DNA of 64,000 nt from Tubulanus polymorphus. Lineage: Eukaryota; Animalia; Nemertea. The position numbers were made by a program, and so were the translations under genes. The stretch lies in the NCBI RefSeq assembly GCF_964204645.1, contig NC_134028.1, positions 17,987,653-18,051,652 of the forward strand, given 5' to 3'. Positions 59,501-64,000 of this stretch are shown in pieces. The stretch's first letter is position 1, and each line of letters begins with the position of its first letter. The notes beneath the pieces are model-generated. The model ran no database searches and was not told the origin of the DNA. It was given only the letters and a program-made list of their open reading frames with translations.

Positions 59501-61907
59501 ATATCTGAATAAACTGGATGTCCAACGAGAGCAGCGTTTGCTGTGTTCCAAACAACAATGCCTCAAACTTGTCCGAATTGCACATGAGCATATTACGATG
59601 AAGTCACTGGTGGACTTTAAGGAGAGTCTGATCCAAACAAACGATTTTACTGCGGACATTTACACCTCTGAGCGCAATGTAGGCTTGCTTGTCATCTGCA
59701 AATCCGTGACGGTGTACTGAGCTATCCAAGAATAGATGAGCAAGGGGTAGAAAGTAAATCAAAATAGGATCGGGCCTAGCGCAGACCCCTGTGGGAAACC
59801 ACAATTTAGTTGTTTAGGGCAGACATGTGGCCATCAACCACAACCCGCTGACAGTGGTTGGCTAAATAAGACTTGAACCACTGGAGAGCAACTACGAGGT
59901 AGATTCGCATGCGTTCGATAAGGATTTCGTGGTTGACGTTATTGAATGCCGCACTGAGGCATTAGAACAAGGAGTGCAGCACCATGCTGATCAACCATAC
60001 ACCGAATATCATTCTGGATGAGGAGCAGCACGGTTTCAGCACTGTGTCCCTCCTTGTACGCGGACTGAAGAAAGTCGTGCAGGTCATTTAGGAGCATGTA
60101 AGACCGGATGATTTCTGTTTTGTGGATTTCTGATCCTATGACTATTCCAGATTCTTACTATACAGTCAAGGTCATTCTGAAAAAAATCAGGTAATAATAA
60201 TTATTGAGAACGTTGGATACACCAATACAATTATACATTGGCCTATTTCTAGATTAAATGGAGAATAAAACCAAAAACTGGCCTGTACCATACTCATGAC
60301 GCATAACTGTAACAAATTCTTGTTGAGGAAATCACCTGAGTAATAGCCATCATGACTCAGCTGTTTGAATAAATTTATCCTGAAGTTAATTCCTTCTTTT
60401 CATAATATGCCCCAGCAACTTTCTATCCTATGATTCACCGTGCTTTTGCCTTCCAAGTAACTGCATCGCCCTGCACACCTGTTCTCGTGACTTCTCTGGA
60501 GGAAAATTTGGATTTGCTTTACAAATGTGTTTTCAATTCCATCGTCTCTTCTTACACTTTGAGGGCAGCCTCCTTTCGCTTCAATCACTCCAATAAGATA
60601 TTCTGCAATTAAGCGAGGGTCGTTGTTCGTGTTTTACGCCTCAAGCCATATAATTTGATGCGTAATACAATGCGTGGATACAAATACCGAATGGTTTCAA
60701 TTTGTCATATCCGTCTATATGCCAGAGAGCATTAGTCCAGAACAAGTATACATGCATCGGTGTAGTCTGTGTTTTTCCTTTCTCAACACCCTCTAAGTCT
60801 AGTAGCAGAAGCAATAATCTTGCACACCTCTGAGACACCCGTTATCCATTTTGGATGCATTTCAAATGCATCCATCGATGTGTGACTGACCAGATACATT
60901 AATTTGTTCCATTATGAATAATGTGACATCAACGATGTTGGAATAGCTTTTTTGCATCTATATAGCCCTAACTTTGCACCCATTTGATGAATTGTTCGGT
61001 CACTTAGAATGACCTTATCGTGCTTGCTAAGGCAGTATCGTATTTCGGCATTATCTAAACCTGGCTTGAAGAGAGAACGATAAAAATGGTCTTGTTGTGC
61101 CATAGTGTGAATTCTACAACTTAGCGTGTGCACATGTGTTAAAAAGTTGAAATTTCGAGTTTAAGTCAAAATTTCGAGATTAAAAGTTGAAACTTCGACC
61201 TAAAAAAAATTTCCATGTGGCCTTGCTTGCTCTACCGTAGAATAAGCATGCAAAATATCGAGAATTTTTTTTTCAAAATTTATGAATGGAAACGCATACT
61301 TATCTTCAGCGTGAAGTTTTTGGCAGAATTTCTGAGGATCCGTGCTCCAAGTAATTGAAAAAGTGAACATGTCTCCCCTTGACTGAATCAAGAAGTTTTC
61401 ACAAAAATCTGTCTTTTGACATGATCTCCATGAAGCATACATAAACAGATTCACACACGACTGCATCATGATTCATTAATATACATACATGGTAATGGAT
61501 ATTCCGTTCTTATTCAGTTATTCAGCTTATTCAGTTCTGTACTGATATACGCGGCTTATTAAGCGCGGAATGCGATTCCGCGCCCAAAACCCGACCTCAG
61601 TACAGAACTGAGCTGGCCGCGTATTTTCTGTAGTGTGAATGCAGATTTGGCGCTTAGCTAGCCGCGTATTTGCATCCATGTAGTACAATACACTCAACAC
61701 TTATTACACTCCCCTCTATTGGCACACCGGGTGACTACTACACTGGCCTTACTAAGTGCTGAATTGCCGACTCTACGTGTGAATGTAACTGGCTGTGTAA
61801 GCACCGTATATGTAATAAAGTATGTTCACTCACTTTTCTGCGCCATTTCCTATTAAAGAATATTGAATACCAGTCGAACCGAATGTTCCAGAGTCAGCAT
61901 CAACAGC
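2480..61907 (-). CDS. Cad87A: Cadherin-87A-like atypical cadherin, partial multi-exon gene (23 exons, ~1255 aa: ~10 EC repeats, membrane-adjacent domain, TM, start of cytoplasmic tail)
   Basis: Hand-spliced exons 61834-61907, 56185-56452, 46170-46327, 45648-45720, 43487-43747, 42915-43041, 41842-41981, 41630-41759, 33245-33463, 31954-32111, 31713-31862, 31500-31622, 31060-31240, 30685-30908, 27465-27659, 27236-27346, 24260-24386, 22018-22553, 20630-20718, 20371-20460, 16717-16855, 13007-13131, 2480-2548. All are GT-AG with matching phases and an open frame. Repeated DxNDxxP, DYE/DRE and AxDxD motifs. The Cys loop VANCPTPGSGNCIDYE is recalled as typical of Cad87A orthologues; orthology is not verified. 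Confidence 0.85.
2603..2777. mobile_element. IS3EU-like MITE
   Basis: ~30-bp TIR TACAGAAGCCCCTAGGTGACATAC / GTATGTCACCTAGGAGCTTCCATA; TSD CAAACC/GAAACC; internal AATTTCGA repeats like those at 61140-61200. Confidence 0.7.
5097..8487 (+). pseudogene. LINE ORF2 (endonuclease-reverse transcriptase) pseudogene
   Basis: Fragmented ORFs 5420-5662, 5766-6845, 6900-7310, 7408-8145, 8251-8487; in-frame stops at 6843 and 8143 plus frameshifts. Confidence 0.9.
5097..9303 (+). mobile_element. 5'-truncated Tx1/L1-clade LINE (decayed ORF2, long 3' UTR, A-rich tail)
   Basis: Endonuclease motifs AGDFNC, TRIDQFY, SDH; RT motifs SPGIDG, WRPISLL, KAFDRV, GVRQGCP, QYADD; C-terminal CKICG...H...C; 3' boundary approximate. 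Confidence 0.9.
10734..11191. mobile_element. Non-autonomous hAT-like MITE with 6-bp TSD
   Basis: Imperfect TIR CAGGGCTGCCAACC/GGTTTGCAGCTCTG; TSD TGTGAT. Confidence 0.78.
12215..12666. mobile_element. TTAA-flanked (piggyBac-like) repeat; related pieces at ~47574-47990 (inverted) and ~55730-55938
   Basis: TTAACCCTTAA termini; shared blocks such as GATTCTCGAGTATCGGCAGTTG and TTCCAAACTATTGTATATAGGGCATT. Confidence 0.65.
13007..13131 (-). CDS. cadherin transmembrane exon (VVKLTDNSWRYQPLLIMMIIILCILLITAILLVIACCFFQK)
   Basis: tctcag / gtaagt; long hydrophobic helix followed by CC; phase 0->2. Confidence 0.88.
15009..16130 (+). mobile_element. Gypsy-type LTR retrotransposon 5' remnant: LTR (15009-15496), PBS, decayed gag
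   Basis: TG...CA LTR with an internal direct repeat; TGGTGGAGAACCGATGGGCA PBS at 15498; gag-like QWLSDFDIYARL...LLIFHL. Confidence 0.7.
16717..16855 (-). CDS. cadherin exon, membrane-adjacent domain (TDLHYHVINPDSG...ILYISKFS)
   Basis: ttttag / gtaagt; phase 2->0. Confidence 0.8.
17728..18195. mobile_element. piggyBac-like MITE
   Basis: TTAA|CCCATTAGCACTCA...TGAGTGCTAATGGG|TTAA. Confidence 0.85.
19225..19402. repeat. Degenerate minisatellite
   Basis: GCAGATAAATATGGTGG motif repeated about 5 times; also at 18960. Confidence 0.7.
20371..20460 (-). CDS. cadherin exon, membrane-adjacent domain (VLSKAMDNGMVCVSDLRFHAGDDNKIHLD)
   Basis: atatag / gtacgt; phase 2->2 fits both neighbouring exons. 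Confidence 0.8.
20630..20718 (-). CDS. cadherin exon, start of membrane-adjacent domain (IYVTQPTETVKVLINRSPSKVNSYLQDYI)
   Basis: ttccag / gtaagt; phase 0->2. Confidence 0.8.
21000..21628. mobile_element. Non-autonomous hAT-like MITE with 6-bp TSD
   Basis: TIR CAGAGATGAGAAC/GTTCTCATCTCTG; TSD CAATTT on both sides; internal poly-G. Confidence 0.85.
22018..22553 (-). CDS. cadherin exon (GNEGDNF...LDRE...RKRR...IDDINDNVP...AYDLDAG...SATAS)
   Basis: tttcag / gtaagt; phase 1->0; matches ORF 22009-22527. Confidence 0.95.
22775..23645 (+). repeat. Dispersed repeat, diverged copy at ~54198-55130
   Basis: Shared collinear blocks (CAGAGGGTGG, AAACAGAAAACACAG, CAGCCAATCACATTCGCT, ACAAAGGTAAACCAAAAA). 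Confidence 0.7.
24260..24386 (-). CDS. cadherin exon (NGSVKPYDFTVLENA...ATDKDLENYASIYYHIV)
   Basis: tttcag / gtaagt; phase 0->1; not in the ORF track. Confidence 0.9.
24485..25329 (-). mobile_element. Internally deleted hAT relative retaining a transposase exon-1 (BED-finger) remnant
   Basis: Termini CAGAGAT...ATCTCTG; TSD AATATA; ORF 24522-24878 (WQWLE...IRKIDLAGMAYCVLC...KYGSGG) is homologous to 52909-53194. Confidence 0.85.
25388..26946. mobile_element. EnSpm/CACTA-like non-autonomous DNA transposon
   Basis: 31-bp TIR CCCAGTTAACATTTCTAGTCGGCCCGACGTC / GACGTCGGGCCGACTAAAAATGTTGACTGGG; GTCGG subterminal repeats; TSD unclear. Confidence 0.7.
27236..27346 (-). CDS. cadherin exon (LLLVAKDSG...ILDVDDNQPEFPRYK)
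   Basis: attcag / gtattc; a possible alternative in-frame donor would extend the exon to 27197. Confidence 0.88.
27465..27659 (-). CDS. cadherin exon (NQYLG...AIDDDEG...YDREFIDTYT)
   Basis: ttgcag / gtaagt; phase 0->0. Confidence 0.92.
27964..30010. mobile_element. HINE family A copy carrying two nested HINE-like elements (28033-28978, 29110-29854)
   Basis: The host repeat resumes after each insert; inserts begin AACAAGAG and end in a hairpin plus A-run; 107-bp tandem duplication at 28751-28956. Confidence 0.65.
30685..30908 (-). CDS. cadherin exon (LFDLNSKTGLISV...RATDLQG...ANNGAPRW...TVLE)
   Basis: ttgtag / gtaatc; phase 1->0. Confidence 0.9.
31060..31240 (-). CDS. cadherin exon (IYVTLKDINDNKP...AADNDEG...WGDPS)
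   Basis: ttgtag / gtatgt; phase 0->1. Confidence 0.92.
31500..31622 (-). CDS. cadherin exon (GVVRVKNGVILDRE...RTTVP)
   Basis: tttcag / gtaagt; LDRE motif. Confidence 0.9.
31713..31862 (-). CDS. cadherin exon (KEYLSSIYEHSPGG...ATDLDFG...FTIDNMT)
   Basis: taacag / gtacaa; phase 0->0. Confidence 0.9.
31954..32111 (-). CDS. cadherin exon (VVTSHKRIDYE...IENINDITPQFKE)
   Basis: taacag / gtaata; phase 1->0. Confidence 0.92.
32362..33116. mobile_element. TA-flanked MITE nested in a hAT-like MITE (32159-33175)
   Basis: TIR CTTCTATTCAGATGATTTTAATGTT / AACATTTAAATCATCTGAATAGAAG; outer termini CAGGGACAGATCCAGG / CCTGGATCCACACCCG. Confidence 0.72.
33245..33463 (-). CDS. cadherin exon (TVVVVILDINEIPP...ASDKDG...FKVDSAT)
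   Basis: tcacag / gtcagt; phase 1->1. Confidence 0.92.
33852..34492. mobile_element. MITE with TTAACCGGTGGTTAA-type subterminal repeats
   Basis: Degenerate inverted ends (AAGGTTGGTTAA / TTAACCAACCTT) and many short palindromic repeats. Confidence 0.5.
36320..36787 (-). mobile_element. L2-clade LINE fragment, close copy of 59079-59545
   Basis: SRLDYCN, HITPV...HWLPV; near-identical nucleotide sequence to the 59-kb copy. Confidence 0.88.
36795..37447 (+). mobile_element. BEL/Pao LTR retrotransposon integrase C-terminal remnant (DUF5641-like), followed by ~54-bp coding tandem repeats
   Basis: SLRER...PSVGDVVLVKEDKMPQGCWKSAIV...SADGKTRSATVRL-STGNTLRRSIAHLYP/LE. Confidence 0.8.
36984..37177 (-). 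mobile_element. Penelope-like micro-insertion with inverted pLTR arms and truncated hammerhead motif
   Basis: 12-bp TSD GACAGTCAGATT; 42-bp inverted arms 37019-37060 / 37136-37177; minus strand reads GACGAtGATCTCtagggtGAGATCGAAACGTC. Confidence 0.7.
37452..38039 (+). mobile_element. piggyBac-like deletion derivative
   Basis: TTAA|CCCTTTCGAACC...GGTTCCAAAGGG|TTAA; short acidic ORF MPRKFLTDEEILKLIADEGSEDED.. at 37718. Confidence 0.8.
39295..39839. mobile_element. MITE with CATGGGCATCCC termini and apparent 5-bp TSD
   Basis: GGTAC|CATGGGCATCCC...GGGATGCTCATG|GGTAC. Confidence 0.7.
41630..41759 (-). CDS. cadherin exon (NLFKIDDITGQISTNSRLNYDK...QTGT)
   Basis: ttgtag / gtaaag; phase 0->1. Confidence 0.9.
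41842..41981 (-). CDS. cadherin exon (ATVNTNLINVTAKDLD...SYDYK)
   Basis: tttcag / gtatgc; phase 1->0. Confidence 0.9.
42915..43041 (-). CDS. cadherin exon (VIGSDAGQPQLSATAKVTINILDVNNKNP...VRIYE)
   Basis: acatag / gtgagt; phase 0->1. Confidence 0.9.
43098..43460. mobile_element. PIF/Harbinger-like MITE
   Basis: TIR AGCCTAGTATACATTGACA / TGTCGATGTACACTAAGCT with TTA/TAA flanks; internal AACTAGTT repeats. Confidence 0.7.
43487..43747 (-). CDS. cadherin exon (DVNDHRP...ATDLD...FDYDSRKQYILT)
   Basis: ttccag / gtaagt; phase 0->0. Confidence 0.93.
44072..45596. repeat. HINE-like element with internal minisatellite array (about six ~130-145-bp units, 44715-45530)
   Basis: Starts AAACAAGAG; recurring CTACTTGTGTACCAAGTTTGAAA unit; terminal hairpin GCCCC.CTCAACTAAAGTTGAG.GGGGC. 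Confidence 0.75.
45648..45720 (-). CDS. cadherin exon (YHLTIKVSDAEPKSDTCQVIINVQ)
   Basis: ttgtag / gtttgt; phase 2->0; completes the EC repeat. Confidence 0.85.
46170..46327 (-). CDS. cadherin exon (AVDLDSERDGNNRIRYTI...PIDFESTPGGLG)
   Basis: tttttag / gtaagt; phase 0->2; not in the ORF track. Confidence 0.9.
46750..46950. repeat. Minisatellite, four ~52-bp units
   Basis: CAGCCCCTCGATCCCAGCCACTTT...GGGTAATCC repeated. Confidence 0.85.
49986..53561 (-). mobile_element. Full-length hAT-superfamily DNA transposon with 6-bp TSD (hAT6/hATx-like)
   Basis: 12-bp TIR CAGGGATGATAA/TTATCATCCCTG; perfect TSD GCTTAG (49980-85, 53562-67); the host repeat resumes on the far side; encloses a transposase gene. 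Confidence 0.92.
50594..53194 (-). CDS. hAT-type transposase, 2 exons (52909-53194, 50594-52782), ~824 aa, open frame
   Basis: BED-like finger (AYCLWC...H...H); catalytic-like motifs SLNIDEAT, LLDSCNVMRG, DGDSIHHTHN, GTRWL, VESSFS; 126-bp GT-AG phase-1 intron. Confidence 0.88.
56185..56452 (-). CDS. cadherin exon (FHVNTISG...CPTPGSGNCIDYE...ILDANDNTP...LQVK)
   Basis: ttttag / gtaagc; phase 2->0; DYE and DxNDN motifs. Confidence 0.93.
56742..57197. mobile_element. Harbinger-like MITE
   Basis: TIR AGGGAGCATCTCAAAATTT / AAATTTTGAGATGCTCCCT. Confidence 0.7.
57560..58270 (+). pseudogene. HECT-domain E3 ubiquitin ligase remnant (G2E3-like), frameshifted
   Basis: Successive frames give AISKIIALGW...YLPV, IVVELGCKELLHEP, FMWYCTGSAD and the catalytic-type AHTCGRVPVLPIQY (Cys codon at 58188-58190). 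Confidence 0.7.
58870..60103 (-). mobile_element. L2-clade LINE fragment (RT C-terminal half) interrupting the IS3EU-like transposase
   Basis: HSAETV, SAAF, GFPQG, GFADD, RNLGVIFD, RLDYCN, HITPVL..LH.LPV motifs. Confidence 0.88.
60104..61103 (-). pseudogene. IS3EU-like (integrase-core DDE) transposase pseudogene
   Basis: Ordered motifs across frames: FKPGLDNAEI..LS.RT, LLDLEGV, NALWHIDGYDKLKPFGICIH, GGCP..VRRDDGIEN, GKSTVNHRIESCW, then after an intron WNSHRIR; terminus ...CCGTA at 61239 with AAATTTCGAG subterminal repeats. Confidence 0.8.
61834..61907 (-). CDS. cadherin exon (AVDADSGTFGSTGIQYSLIGNGAE)
   Basis: ttgcag acceptor, gtgagt donor, AxDxD motif, phase 0->2. Confidence 0.9.
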
Positions 61908-63347
61908 CTGCAAATAACCATCACATTTAATCAATCTAAATTTACAGCAATAGGCCAATAACGAAATTTTTATAATCAAAGATGGCCACCAAATAACCAT
62001 CTTGGATAGTATAATGATCAAGACTTATGTATTGATACATATGTCATCTAGCATTCTCATTTGTAATATTCATGTTCATTTTCAAGTAAATCACATTCAC
62101 AGTCACCCTTACAAAAAATTCACACATGTTATTTGTGTGAAAACCACACATCACATGGGTGAATTGTGTGAAAGACACACAAAACATGTGATCTGTGTCT
62201 TGGAACACATCAAATGTGTGAAAAGCAGGTGATCATATGTGTGATTGAGATGATATTCACACATGTGAGGTGCTCCACAGCACAGATCACATGTGTGACC
62301 GCTGGGATCACACATATCCTAGAATAACACTGTGTGACAACATCAGAAAGTCCAATCTGTGACACGTGTGATTATACACGTGATCACTTCGGCCAAACTA
62401 TTCCCATGTTTGTTCGAAATTCTGAACATCTGCATTTTTGCAAAATATATTTTGTCATAAAATCCATTTTTTGGAATAAGAATATTTCCATAACTGTACT
62501 CATTACAAGATTCATTTTCAGAACAGAAAAACACGAGTGTCCATTCAATCATTGAAAGTTTTTTAAGTTTGTATTTTCATTCGGCTAAATAAATAAAAAG
62601 GTTATTATATGTTTTTGCATTCGCTGTTGAGTTTAGAAAAATAGAAATAATGAAAAACAACTTCGAAAAAATATCAGGTATTTACGGGATTCGAACCGTT
62701 CACAATGGCTAGCGAAGGAATGGAAATGAGCATGCAGGCATGCATGGCGCCATTTGCATTTATTTTGAGGATAGTCGTTGCCATTTTTAATTAATTTTCA
62801 TAGTTAATTTCTTAGTTAGAACAGTCTGGTGTATGAATTCAAGCTCCAAGGCAAGTATTATTTTGTTTCATCAAATATTTATAGTCGACGATGTTCATTG
62901 AATGTACGGTAGTGTAATTGGTAAAATCTGTGGCATATACCGAATCAATATCATCAAATCCAAAACTTTATTACATGATTGATGATACATTGCAAAGTAC
63001 ACATGTCCATGCCTAGATTTTTCAAAGGTTATATAATAAGTCGGCCTAGATTACATCATGAACTCTTTTTAAATCACAATCTGTCCAGTTATGAAAGAGG
63101 CTGGTTTGCATACACTTACTAATGATTTCTTAATAACATTGAAATGATCAGGTTTTGTTTGTATTTATTTGTCTTTCTACATTTAAATTATCACTTAGAA
63201 ATGCAGCTATATTTATTATTATTATTATATTCTTTTTCACACTGGATCTTACTGAAAGGATATAAACAACTGCAACTTACTTTCACTGTCGGTGAAACCA
63301 TTCGGTATCACAAGTACTACGCTGCATTGACAAATACTGTATATAAT

Positions 63348-63650
63348 AATATAGCTGCAAAGCAGCCATAACGGGTTTTCTGCACAGTTTTAGAATCCTG
63401 TTCAACGGTGGATTTCAACAAAGCATTTGATAAGGCTCAACATCAGCCATTACTCAACCGGCTATTAGGAAACAGTATCAATGATAGGTCGCCCAAATGG
63501 CTCAACAGTTATCTCTGAACGGAAACTTGTAACCAAAATCAACGGAACGCCTCATCTTGGAATGAGACGGTCTAACTAGTGGAGTCACGCAAGGTAGTAT
63601 CCTAAGTCGTCTTCTGTTTAATGTCCTGACAAATGACATACACAGTAATC
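63348..63650 (+). repeat. Second copy of the RT-fragment-bearing repeat
   Basis: Same AATATAGCTGCAAAGCAG start; extends to GSILSRLLFNVLTND. Confidence 0.8.
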
Positions 63651-63724
63651 CAAAACATATCAGACCGAGTAAATTTCCAAAACGACCGTAACACACTGTT
63701 CGACCAAAAAACTTAATGTTCCGA

Positions 63725-63946
63725 CAAAACCACGGGCGACAAAACCAAAATTATGAATTGTTGCGGGTGACAAAACTTAAAATATTGAATTGTCACGGGC
63801 GACAAAACAAAAATAATGAATTGTCGCGGGCGATAAAACCACAATAATGAATTGTCGCGGGCGTTAAAATCAAAATATTGAATTGTTGCAGTGATAAAAC
63901 CAAAATAATGAATTGTCGCGGACGACAAAAACAAAATATTGAATTG
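63725..63946. repeat. Minisatellite, ~32-bp units
   Basis: AAAATAATGAATTGTCGCGGGCGACAAAAC repeated about 7 times. Confidence 0.85.
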
Positions 63947-64000
63947 CGTCATAATTGGCTGATCAAAAATACCTGTCCCAGGTATAAAACATCCCTCTCT

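Noticed and set aside
63725-63946. Regular ~32-bp repeats, also 46750-46950, superficially CRISPR-like
   Set aside because: Tandem units without unique spacers, no cas genes, eukaryotic context.

Overview
AT-rich, repeat-dense metazoan (invertebrate) genomic DNA. A single host gene runs across almost the whole window on the minus strand: a Cad87A-like atypical cadherin. I reconstructed 23 GT-AG exons by hand (61907 down to 2480; 3767 nt, about 1255 aa) and every intron phase is consistent. They encode about 10 cadherin repeats, a membrane-adjacent domain, the TM helix and the start of the cytoplasmic tail. The 5' end lies beyond the window and I did not find the last exon(s). The introns are packed with transposons: an apparently intact two-exon hAT-type transposon with a 6-bp TSD plus three non-autonomous relatives, a decayed IS3EU-like integrase next to a HECT ubiquitin-ligase remnant, a 5'-truncated Tx1/L1 LINE, L2 LINE pieces, Gypsy and BEL remnants, piggyBac/Harbinger/EnSpm-like MITEs, nested Helentron/DINE-like elements, and a 194-bp Penelope-type insertion with a truncated hammerhead motif. 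All family assignments come from motif recognition, not database searches.
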